Of a stretch of DNA of 64,000 nucleotides, positions 12,623 through 24,555 are shown in pieces. This DNA is from Octopus sinensis (taxonomy: Eukaryota): the NCBI RefSeq assembly GCF_006345805.1, contig NC_043015.1:4960001-5024000 (forward strand), read 5' to 3'. The first letter of the stretch is position 1. Every line of letters begins with the position of its first letter. The position numbers and the translations under genes are program-made. The notes below the pieces were generated by a model that had not been told where the DNA came from, made no database searches, and worked only from the letters and a program-made list of their open reading frames with translations.

Positions 12623-15384
12623 AGGCATGATATACGATATTTAATCTCCGTAAAAACGATGATTGCAATGATGGTCAATCCGATGCTGTTAACTTTCTTT
12701 TCTCTCGTATTTGACCTGACCACCCTGTGATCAAACTGTCTTTTATAGACACTGCACTTCGTAGGCGATTACGTTCATTTAAGATGGTAGTGTATAAATG
12801 GGGAGAAATGTAGGCAATATTTCTTGCAGGTTGACAGGAATTGTTTTATTGAGTCAATATGATGGTGAAGTTTTTAACAGAGCTTTTCATTGGACAATGA
12901 TATGAGGCAGTATTTGAGAGACATTGATTTCACTGAAGTGATGTATAATGGCTTGGGAAATTTTGAATAGCCTGATATTGGGTTTTGATATTAGATTAGA
13001 GGAGAAAAGATGAAGTGAAGCTACATTTTCATTTTATTTTCCGTCATCGATACTATATATACAGTTACATGGTTGCATATCGAAGAAAATACTTTGAGAA
13101 ATACAAAGGAAAAATGTCCAAAATAAAATTCCGAAAGGTAAAATAAAAATAGTGAATATAAAATACGTATGATAGAGGATTCTGGAATTGATCGAAGACA
13201 GGTCATCTTATATGTTTCGAAATATCAATTTTCTATCTTATGCAATCGATACTATTTTCTCTAGCAGTTTTATGTGCGTAAATGCAGTTTAATTTTTTTA
13301 GGCCTGTCAGCATTAACTGTAAATTTTTTTTCACAAAACTGTGAGCTACGTATGACACTTCACGAGGTGAATGAAATATTATATAATAAATTTGTGTAAA
13401 GATAAATATGTAATTGAAAGTTATTAAATACAAATACACACACAGATACACGCACACGTAGAAAAGAATGCGTCTTGAATCAATGAGTAGTTAAGAAATG
13501 ATAATCGAAAAGGACGATATGCTGCATAAGGTTAATTTATAGCGATGAGGTAACTGTCACTGTCCTATATATTAAAATACAGGGAGAGTTTCTTTGGTTG
13601 TTTTGTTTTTGCAATAGTAACGTTTATGTGAATAAAAAAAAGCAAGATAAAGAGGAAACATTTAGTTTCTAACGTCTTCGGTCACCGTAAAATTTGCACT
13701 TTCTGCAATTCAAGAAATGTAACTTATAACGCAATAGGAAAATAATATTTCAAATACTTTTGTTTGTTCTATTCGAGTGTGCGTAGCAGCTGTCGATAGA
13801 TGATGTCAATATACACTAAGATGCTAATCTCTGGGTTCCGGGAAAGACAGATCTTTAATATTTTGAACAGACGATTTGTGACGACATTGAAGAATTGGCC
13901 GTGCTTCACATAGGCCCAATTCAGAAAATCGGCAATAATTATAAAGGAGCACGGTATACCTACCGCACAACATATTACCACAAGTTGGAAATAATTCCAC
14001 TAGATATTAACAGCAAATGATTTATGCATCCTCCTAATACTGATTTATTTTTAGTGGGATTTATCTTTGTAGTAGCATTATGCATATCAACAAATTATAT
14101 TACTCCATGGAATGAAAACAATTGGTGCGAGGCCGCTGACGAATATATTGAATAGCGTCTGAAAACACTACACCAACCCTCTTCCTATACTTAATGATAT
14201 TGTCAATATTTTTACGCTCGCTTTCTCCGGTCTCATCGAATATATATATCATTCCTAGAGCTAAAAGAAGACAAGCCCTGCAACTTGATGTCCTATAATA
14301 TATAACTTGATGGTAAGATGGGTTCATTGCCCAAACAATATTAATTAACTGGACACAATTGCTTATGCGAATTACAGTCATCAATTTTCCTGCATTCCTG
14401 AACTGCAATGTCTCAATAAAAATTTATAACATATTTTCTGTAGTCAAATTTGATAATATAGCTTCTGAATATAATCTTAGTAAGAATCGACGACACTCAG
14501 GCCGATATCCATTTTTCTGTGTTTGAAAAAGTAGAAAGAATTTTGCTTAGATATTGTCTATTAAATTCAAGTAAATATCACAGCAACTGTGAAAATATCT
14601 AACAGCGATTCTATAGATTATTTAATATGTACAACAGTTGAACTGTTTAACACGATTTTTGTCCTTGGATAACAACTTTATTTCTTATATGTTTACCACA
14701 AGAAATAATTTAAAAACACTGACTAACATTTCATTCAAACTTTGCTTTTGTGGCATTTATTCAAACCCCGAAGAATCCCTATCGGTAGATGACACTATGC
14801 TCCCCATTACTTCTGCTCATGATCTAAGATGAACATATTGTCAACCACAAAGTGACATGCCCAACCGGGTAAGATCAAGCAACTAACAAATAAATCTCTG
14901 GTAATGCGCAGAATATTTGCTAGGCGTTGAATCTGTCAGAAAAAACAATGGAAAATAGGTCAGTTTCAAACCAGTGATACTCGTGTCAGAAAAGCAACGT
15001 TTGAAGGGAATAGTAGTAAGTTCTTTTGATTACGAGGAGTAAACACGAAATAAGACTTACTGACAAAAGACAAAAAGAACATTAAAATGTTGTTACACTG
15101 TTGATGGCATGCAAATGATATCACTTATTTTTTTCTTTATTAATCTCCTTTTCTATTCGTCATAGCCTCCATCATGTTCCTTAACATTATCCAGAACAAA
15201 TTGTACGTCAATAAAACGGCAAAAAATGGGGATGAGCTAGTGAAAGTAAGCCGTAATTAACGTCCTCGCAATTATCATCACCATTGACGCAATCGTTATC
15301 ATCATGTTTATCACCAATATTCCGATCATCTAAATCCTCATCAACATATCCGACGTTGTCATTGCAGTTTTTATTGTCGACATC

Positions 15385-15535
15385 GTTGTCGTCGTTGTTG
15401 TTGCTGTCGTCGTCGTCGTCGTCTTCTTCTTCTTCTTCTTATTATTATTATTAATATTATTCTCCATCTTCTTCTTTTACTCCTCCTTCTTCTCTTTCTT
15501 GTACTCCTCCTCCTCTTCATCCATCTTCTTCTTCC
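15385..15535. repeat. Mosaic trinucleotide tract (GTC/GTT/TTC/TAT/TCC)
   Basis: Visible directly. Confidence 0.85.
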
Positions 15536-15827
15536 AATCAGGACTCAGGCCATTAACCACAAAGAATAATCTCTAATTCGAGCCAACTCTAAGCTACTAA
15601 GAATGTGTGTGGCAACTTGAAGATCCACCCACCACACGCGATAGACTGGCGATTGCAAGGGCGCGAAAGCTACGTTGTTATCCTAATTTCGTAAACGGTG
15701 GTTTTTAACGGGTGGAGAGCTGAACCATCATGGGGTACAGAGGATTCGCAATCTAAACTAGGGTCTGAAAGTTTACCACACCATAATGGGTTACGCCATG
15801 GTTCCTCTGCTTTGTGGCGGAAATGGG

Positions 15828-16161
15828 AAGAAAGAGTGAGAGGAAGTTGTGGTGAAAGTGTACAGCGGGGTTCACCACCTAACCCTACCGGAGATCGTGG
15901 AACTTAGGGTTTTTGTTCAATAAACACTCACATCATCATCATCATTGTTCGACCGTGGTCGAGACAATGAAATTTACCATGCTACGCCAGACTTCACGGT
16001 CCATCATGGCATTACGTAGGTCCTGTTGCTGGATGCCTGTATCCCTGGAGATTACATCAGGGTAGGAGAGTGTGCGCCCTCACAATGCATGGTCTGGGAA
16101 TCGAAACCTAGTTCTTACGACCGCGAGTCGCTGTCCTCACCACTGGGCCATTGCGCCTCCA
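15828..16161 (-). mobile_element. Family C SINE split by a LINE insertion
   Basis: The head TGGAGGCGCAATGGCCCAGTGG...TTCGATTCCCAGACC lies at 16161-16085. The body resumes at 15932 (GTGAGTGTTTATTGAAC...) and matches 53761 onward. Confidence 0.85.
15933..16078 (-). mobile_element. 5'-truncated RTE-clade LINE 3' end
   Basis: The minus strand encodes YPDVISRDTGIQQQDLRNAMMDREVWRSMVNFIVSTTVEQ*, like an RTE ORF C-terminus, then an (ATG)n tail. It is flanked by the 6-bp direct repeat CTCACA at 15927-15932 and 16079-16084. Confidence 0.75.
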
Positions 16162-16769
16162 CAGTCTCTGTCGTTGCCGTTACTGTTGTCGTTATCATCA
16201 TCATCAACATCACCTTGCTATTATCACCAATATCGTCACCACCAGACCAATCATGCTATTAGGAACACTCAAAAAAACAGAAAGTAAATGTCGTGCTATA
16301 TTCCATTCCGTTGTGTTAAGGATATATCCTTCCCATTTACTTTGTCTTCAATTTCTCATCATTTTCTTCTCACGTACATTAATCATCATGACCATCATCT
16401 TGACATGATTCTGCCAACATATACAACCATTACAGCTTCACCTCCTACATATTCTTTGTAACATGTTTTTATTTCTACCTGTATCATAATTATAAACATA
16501 ACCATAGCAATACATGCTTACATCATAACATCACGTTTAACATTACTTCCAGCAATTTCAAGCTCATATTGTATAATCGCAAAAACGTTGAATTACACCC
16601 ACCGGTAATTCTCCAAACCGGAGTTATATCATGTTTTCAAACCTTCATGATGTAAGCATATTACATAATCGAATATATTCGAATGTATTCTAATTTTGTT
16701 TTTATTTCTTTCTATGCATGCATATGCATCTATGCATATTAGTTTATATAGGAATATATGTTGTGTGTG

Positions 16770-16771
16770 CA

Positions 16772-16834
<63 letters not shown>

Positions 16835-16927
16835 ATATATATATTCATATTATGTATATATATATATGTATATATACATACATATATATGTATATATATA
16901 TATACATATATATGTATATATCTATAC

Positions 16928-16966
<39 letters not shown>

Positions 16967-17015
16967 CATATATATATTCATATTTATGTATATATATTTA
17001 TATATATATATACAG

Positions 17016-17055
<40 letters not shown>

Positions 17056-17321
17056 TCATATTTATGTATATATATATATATACATATATATGTATATATA
17101 CATACATATATATATCATATTTATGTATATATATTTATATATATATATATACAGATATATATATACATATATATATTCATATTATGTATATATATTTATT
17201 ATATATATATACAGATATATATATATACATACATATATATTCATATTTATGCATATATATTTATATATATATATATATATATACATACATATATATATAT
17301 TCATATTTATGTATATATATT

Positions 17322-17353
<32 letters not shown>

Positions 17354-17474
17354 ATATATAATATATATATATATATACATATATATTCATATTTATGTAT
17401 ATATATATTTATATATATATATATATATATGCGTGAGTGTGTTTGTATATATGTATGTCTGTGTATGTATATCC

Positions 17475-17511
<37 letters not shown>

Positions 17512-17530
17512 CACATACGTACATACATAT
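16770..17530. repeat. (TA)n-based array with a ~60-70-bp higher-order unit
   Basis: The marker TCATATT(T)ATG recurs about eight times within TA runs. Confidence 0.9.
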
Positions 17531-18064
17531 AATCGAATGTGATTGTGTAGATGCATATTTGTAAGCATTTGAGTTTGCGTGTAAGCATATAGCTTGCAGG
17601 CTTCGTTGGAAGATTGAGATATACACATAGATAAGGAAGATCGATGTAAATATAGAGATAGGTAAATATATATTCAGAAAATTATAGCCGCCTATATAAA
17701 TATACAGGCATTCTCAGATATATGATGATGTATTTTAGAAGAATTATCATATAAGGAAATTGGAGAAAAGTTTTTCATGAGAGAAATTTTAACTTAACCG
17801 AAATGAAGGTAAATAAAATAAGTGCTTTCGACATTTCAAAAAAAAGAATATTTAAAATTTCATATTTACAACTTATATTATATTGAATGCGAGCAGTATT
17901 TACACTACATGTTTGTCTTAACATGAAACGTGACACGAGTTCTACTGAATCATAATGCCAAAGATTTATGCATACACAACTATAAAAATAAAGACAGTGA
18001 ACCTCAATACCGCATTTGGTTGGAACAATGGCAAAATACACAGATGCAACAGTATGTATGTCTA

Positions 18065-18282
<218 letters not shown>

Positions 18283-18291
18283 GTAGTAGTA

Positions 18292-20631
18292 ACATAAAAG
18301 AGGAATTTCGGTTGTCCCCACGTGGTGGATTGTAATGTATATAAGAAAAAAGAAAAATGGAAAATACGCACACTTACATGGTTATAGTATAATTTTTAGT
18401 GTATCGACCGGTTTCGCAATCGCTATTCATGATACAATGTTTAAGTAATATGAAAATATATTTTTTCTTAAGAAGAAAATGGGCCCATGTTGTTTATAAT
18501 GAGATTCACGAGTGCATGATTTTACAAGTTGACAAGTAAAGGGACGTAATTGGTTGTTATTATTGTTATTGTTGTATGTAAGGGAGATAACTGTTTAGGT
18601 TTTGGGTCGGGAAAAATATGTTTACAGAAAGGAGACAGGTTTAAAAAGAAAAAAAAAACAGGAGGCCTTGTTTAGTAGGGGATTTATGTACAGTGATGTA
18701 ATATGTAAGAATATAAAAATTGGTTATGCGTGCTTTTTCAGACGCGTTTTGTATTTTTCAATGAAAAAAGGTTCTTTATTAAAGCGTTCTAATTGAGAGA
18801 TTGTGTCTTTGCACTGGTAGAAAGGGAAGACTGTAAAATTTGGTTTGATGTTACCTGCACATTTTTCTATGTGTTCTCTAAGAGGGATTTGTCTGTATTG
18901 CGGGAAACGGATTTGCTCCTTATGCAGAGTAATTCTCTTCCTCAAAATTAAACTCGTTTGTCCAATGTACTGATGACTGCAACCCGAGCAGGTTATTACA
19001 TAAATGAGGTTCTCAGAGGCACAGGTGAAACTAGTTTTAATTGTGAACCTCTGTCCTTATTTGAAAAGGAAGTCCGAGCCTTCAAGGAGGTAGGGGCAGG
19101 TTCCACAGTTCGGGCGTCCACATTTTTTTACCGTTGGTTTCGTGGTTGTTTTGTAAAGCTTCGCATTTGTTAGTAGTCTCTTTAGCGATTTGTCTTGTTT
19201 TTTGATGATTTTGTGTGTTTTCAGGATGTCGTTCATTTTTGGATCTCTAGTTAGTAAAGGGAGAGTTTGCACAATAGTGTTGAATGCCTAACTGTTTCTG
19301 GGGTTGTGTGTTGATATAAACAGTAATGTTTTGATTTGAGGTGTGGTGCTATGTTTTTTTACTTCTTAGTGTTTTTGTGTCTAATTGTTTGGCACGTTTA
19401 ATTCCCTCGTCGATAAGAGAGGGTGGATATTGTCTTTCAATAAGTGTTGTATTGAGGTCTTGAAGACGAAGGTCCCGAGTTGTTCTATCAGACACTATTG
19501 TGCAGATACTTTTTGCTAAATTAAAAGGGTTGTTTATTTTTATGTGTTTCGGGTAGCATGAGTTAAAAAGAAGATATTGTTTTGCGTCAGTTGGTTAATA
19601 AATGTCAGCTATGATTTCATTGTTGACTTTTTTTTATCATGATGTCTAAAAAAGGAAGTTGTTCTTTATTATATTCCATTTTGAATTGAATGTTACTATT
19701 TATGTCATTTATTGTTGTTTTGAAATCCAAAAGTTTGTCGATGTTCTCCTTCCAGATGATAAAACAGTCATCCAAGTATCGCTTCCAATTTTCTCTTATG
19801 TAGATGTAAAATGGGTAACCATATTTCTGAAGTGATACTTCATATAAGGTGAATTCAAAATAGCCAATTATTAGATTCGCAAGAACAGGAGCTGCTTTCG
19901 TCCATCGCAATTCCGCATTTCTGACGATAGTATGTGTCATCAAACAGGAAATAATTGTTCTGAAGTATACATTTTAAGGATTCAATCATAAAGGTCTGGT
20001 TTATGCGTTCTGGGAGGACTTCGGGGTACTTTTCCAACCAGAATTTAATTGCTTTCATTCCATAGTCATGGGGGATGTTGGTGTAAAGATTGATAATATC
20101 GAGGGTGACCAATACTGCTTCTTTATTAATCGTTTTTGGTATGTGTTCTAACATGTCTAAATCATCCCTAATGAAGCTTTTGATGTATTTCAGCAAGGGT
20201 TTCAGTAGGATGTCTAGAGAATTGCTCAGTCGGTGGGTTTCACAGGCTGGTCCAGCTACAATGGATCTTAAAGTCAAGTCTTCTGGCGTTTGGATGTTTA
20301 TATATTTGCCTGTTGATTGTTTGCAGGCTTCATTGATTATCTTGCTCTTGTGTATTTTACGGAGGCCATAAAAAAAACTGGGTTTACATTTGAAGTTCGT
20401 GATGTAGTCTGTTTCTTTTTCTATCAGGCCTTTTCCATGTAGGAGAATTAAGGATACAAGATTTTTCATGGTTTTTTTTGTTTATAGTTTATAATATTTT
20501 TGTAGAAGGCCTCGTTTTCTAATATGGAAAGTAATAGTTTTTTATAGTGTTCTGTGTCCATCAAAACTACAACACTTCCTTTGTCAGCTTCTATAATTGT
20601 CAGGTCTGTGTCCTTATTAAAACGTGTCCTT
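18292..20631 (-). mobile_element. Penelope-like retroelement (Neptune-like), 5'-truncated; RT plus GIY-YIG pseudogene
   Basis: PLE RT motifs EADKGSVVVLMD, FYGLRKIHK, LDIINLYTNIP, GIAM..AAPVLANL, RYLDD and LPFLD. Linker CGRPNCGTC and endonuclease LIYVITCSGCSHQYIGQT...RITLH. Several frameshifts. The clade call rests on motif recall. Confidence 0.93.
18400..18436 (-). ncRNA. Minimal type-I hammerhead ribozyme, A3-U8 core variant
   Basis: Minus strand reads TGTATC-ATGAATA-GC GATT GC-GAAAC-CG-GTC-GATACA. Stem I is 6 bp, stem II 2 bp, stem III is the palindrome ACCGGT, and the triplet is GUC. It lies in the PLE 3' region, where such ribozymes are known to occur. Confidence 0.75.
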
Positions 20632-20900
20632 ATTTAAATAAGAGGGGTGAAAAATTCACTATTATTCCGATTAATATCAATTTAAAACCAGTAGCCTAGT
20701 ATATTAAAAAATATTCAGAAAAAATATATTACATATATATAAGTGGGATGACCACTAAGTGGACATCCATTATGCAAGATGTAGACATCATATGTTCTGA
20801 CCACTAACAGAAAGAGTACAATCTTTTCGTAGTGGTCAGACAATATGGGGTTTATATCTAGTATAATGGATGTCGATTAGTGGTTATCCTCCTTGTATAT
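20632..20900 (+). repeat. Unclassified foldback element (~60-bp imperfect arms) with a leader segment
   Basis: Arms at 20746-20806 and 20830-20889 pair (GACCACTAA/TTAGTGGTT, GACATCCATTAT/ATAATGGATGTC, TCTGACCACTA/TAGTGGTCAGA). The leader GGGGTGAAAAATT...ATATCAATTTAAAACCAGT recurs at 58.9k and 63.9k. Confidence 0.75.
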
Positions 20901-20916
20901 ATTACACACACACACA

Positions 20917-20953
<37 letters not shown>

Positions 20954-21127
20954 ATATATATATATATTATATATATATATATATATAACACGTCTTTTTA
21001 TCTCAAGCTTAGAAAGCCAGAGGAATCAGAGAAATTTGTTAAAACAGTTAAGTCTTTACAAAATTAAAAAAAAAATCGAAACTTATGCCAGTACTTCTTC
21101 AGCTTCATGCTTTCTATATTTCTACCC

Positions 21128-21335
21128 CTGTGTGTCTGTGTTTATCCCTCTAGCATTGCTTGACAACTGATGCTGGTGTGTTTACGTCCCCGTTAAGTAG
21201 CGGTTCGGTAAAAGAGAGCAACAGAATAAGTACTAGTCTTACAAAGAATAAGTCCCGGGGTCGATTTGCTCGACTAAAGGCGGAGCTCCAGCATGGCCGC
21301 AGTCAAATGACTGAAACAAGTAAAAGAATAAAGAG
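21128..21335 (+). mobile_element. Family B SINE, 3' half
   Basis: Matches 10170-10356 and 52895-53097. Confidence 0.9.
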
Positions 21336-21955
21336 CATATTACATAAATGTGTGTGTGTGTGTGTGTATTAAAAAATATAGACAAATACGTATAATTAGT
21401 TTAGTGTTTTGAAATGTTGATTAGGGCACCGGCACAATTTAGGCCACCTGTTGTCATCTGTAGTTGTAGTATACTTCCGTTGGACTTAATTCAGGAGGTA
21501 CTTCGCAGTGTCATTTGGGTACGACATAGGTTTCCGCCTTTCAGTCTGGGTGCCATCAGGTGCATTCATAAAGACATCCTGTGAGATATATTTTGTGTCG
21601 GCTGGCTTGTTGTTATATGTTATATGTTCGAGAATAAATAAAAGTAAAAATAATATTGTACCAAAGCAAAATCTAAAGATATAAACGTGGGTGGCCATTT
21701 AATAACATGCAGTCTGCACAAAGATTATCTAGTGAGACTTCTTTATCAATGTACCTGAAGAGACCCGGACTGATGGTTAGAAACATGTTGTAGCTAAAAG
21801 AAGACTAATATGAATTCCACCCCCTATTATCACTTAATATATTCAAATATACGCGTTCGAACAGACACACACACACATACACACACGTATAAATGTAAAT
21901 GTTCTAAAATCTACTCAGTCTTAGTTTTTTTTATATCTAATTACGAAAGAATTAT

Positions 21956-22007
<52 letters not shown>

Positions 22008-23289
22008 CCATTGATATACAAGGGCTTATATGCTTATGTTGTCATACGTGTTTCTAAATGTATAAGCGTTTGGTGTGTTCGGTATAACTCAAACAGTAAA
22101 CCCTACCGAATTATGTACGATTTAGCTATCTCCTTTTTATATCACTATCCATTTTCATTTCCCTTGTTAAGAACATGTTGCAACAAGTCCTATAAAAATA
22201 CCAGATCGATATAATTTACTAAATTCCCTGAAGGCTGGTCCCATCACGGAAGCAATATAATGAATGAAATGAGTACAAACTATCACATATGCATTGGAAA
22301 GGTTTTATCTCTGTTAACGAATCCAAAGAAAATATTCGCTGTAAATTTTGTACTGGGACGCAATTTAAGAAGTCGAATATAAGTGCTTACAATAATTGCG
22401 TGTAACATTTGAAAATTAATATTGCATGTGGTAGTGCACGATAAACATTCTGAGATAACCATTAACTGAAAAGTAAATCGTGTTTCTCATGATTTATTGA
22501 ATGTAGTTCTGTTCAGCAAAGCCGTGATATAGAACCTAGGTGGAATTGTTAAGGGTATCTCGGGAGAAAATATCCAGCTTTATGAATGAATTCGATAATG
22601 AAACAAAAAATTAGAATGTTAAGGTCTATGACAGCGTACCTGCTGCATGCAATTGATAGATTAGAGATGAATGCTTTATAGTCCATGCTTCTGTCTTGCA
22701 ACAATAATAAATAAATAAATAAGTGGCATGGGATGCAATGTTAAGCGCCAGAGAACTGATAACATTTACAACGAAGAGGCACAAAATGAAAGGAGATAGA
22801 ACGAATGATTCATTGAAGGACGCAGGTTCAATCTAGAAACAATAATTCAGAATCTTCTTAGAAGAAACAAAAATGTCAGCAGTATGAAGATAAACCACGA
22901 CATAATCATCTGAGATGAATAAATAAATAAAAGAAAGCAATGTATCTTTAAGCTGATTCTAGAGAACGTGTTTCTTTGCTATCATGCCGGAACAAATGGA
23001 AATAAGCGTGTGTAAGAAATAGAGAAAAATGGATAAAAACGACATCATCGAAGCTATGCAGAGTAGGCGAGGAAAATAGAGAAACAGCTAAACTTGCACT
23101 GAAGTAGATACTTTTATGCTAATAAGGATGAAGATGTATTGACAGTGAAAGATGTGAAATTAGATGGACAAACTCCAGAATGGTATATAAAATAGATATT
23201 TTTTGCGTAAGTTATATAGTTTGAGAAGTTGCTTAGATATCGACTTTTGCGGATGTTATGTAATCGAGAGCGTATATATGTGTATCTAT

Positions 23290-23600
23290 ATTAGTATCTC
23301 TGCCTCCGTCTGTCTGTCTCTCTCTCTCTCCCTCTCTTATATATACTTAGACACTTACATACACGCACATCTAAACATTCATACATGTAAGTATATATTC
23401 ATACATCTATATATATGTCTATCTATCTATAGTCTGTCTATCTATCTCTCTATCTATATATCTATCTATCTGTATATCTGTATATCTATCTGTCTGTCTA
23501 TCTGTCTATCTGTCTGCCTATCTATCTATATATCTATCTCTCTCTCTATATATATATAATTATTTATTTATTGATATATTCATATATATATGTATGTATA

Positions 23601-23665
<65 letters not shown>
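23290..23665. repeat. Compound (CT)n/(TCTA)n/(TG)n microsatellite
   Basis: Visible directly. Confidence 0.9.
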
Positions 23666-23667
<2 letters not shown>

Positions 23668-24142
23668 AGCAGGTACTCAATTGGACTGTGTGTAGTTGAA
23701 AGAAATAGATTCCGATAATGATTTCTATATTGAGGTGGTGGTGTTAAATCTTGTTCAGTACAATAAGCTTCTAGAGCTTTCGTGAAAATGTGCTTCCTTC
23801 TTTGTGCATAACTTAAGCCTCATAGCACATAATGTGCGGCTGCATTCAGTTTCGGATCCTTCTAAAATTTAAATAACCAAACATGAGTCACTATCGCGTA
23901 CATTTGTGTAATAAAACATCTCTAATCATTTTATAGCTCTACACAAGATGATTTTACCAAAGAAATGTGGCAGTTTTACCAAATTTTCCAAACTATCATT
24001 TTCTGTATAATTGTATAATTGGAACACCAATTATCAACACAGAGACCCATTAAAACGAAGAGGATTGCGCAGCTTTTTCCAAGTAGTATAAATAATTAAT
24101 CTGAGAATATTGCAGCAATGTAAAGCTTAAGAATTTATAATA

Positions 24143-24305
24143 TGTAGGCTCAGGCGTGTCTGTGTGGTAAGAAGCTTGCTTCCGTGCATGCGTGTGTCAG
24201 TGTTTTCTTTACATTGAGAGGATAAGCACTTGTGGTTGGTTTTGCTCGACTAAAAAACACCTTCAAGTCTGTGTCAAATGACTGAAACAAGTAACCGTAA
24301 AAGAG
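24143..24305 (+). mobile_element. Family B SINE with a large internal deletion
   Basis: The head CTGTGTGGTAAGAAGCTTGCTTCC is joined to the tail TTTGCTCGACTAAA...GTCAAATGACTGAAACAAGTAA. Confidence 0.75.
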
Positions 24306-24317
24306 TAAATGCAAACT

Positions 24318-24555
24318 AACAACTCACTTAGTCAACTTGGGGAGTGACAATCTCAAATCTTGAAAAAAAAAAAACTTCACGTGAATTAAGGAAAACATTA
24401 CGAATTGAAATAGTGCACGTGAATACTAATGAATATCCGATACACACACATACACACAATAGATGTGAAAGAACATCATATAGAATATATTTAAAATCAA
24501 TTCATGTCAGAAACGAAATTAAAGACTTCACGCATCTATATAAAAAATGTTCAGA
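24318..24555 (+). repeat. Unclassified ~240-bp repeat, copy 1 (inverted partner at 27745-28010)
   Basis: Shared blocks GAGTGACAA(T/A)CTCAAATC, AATTAAGGAAAACATTACGAATTG and TGTGAAAGAACATCATAT...ATATATTTAAAATCAATTCA. Confidence 0.8.

Noticed and set aside
13769-14700. TIR-like (GESERKNIDNII...VVFS) and LRR-like (LSLDNNFI) resemblance
   Set aside because: The motifs are on opposite strands, fragmentary and interrupted by stops; there is no coherent receptor.
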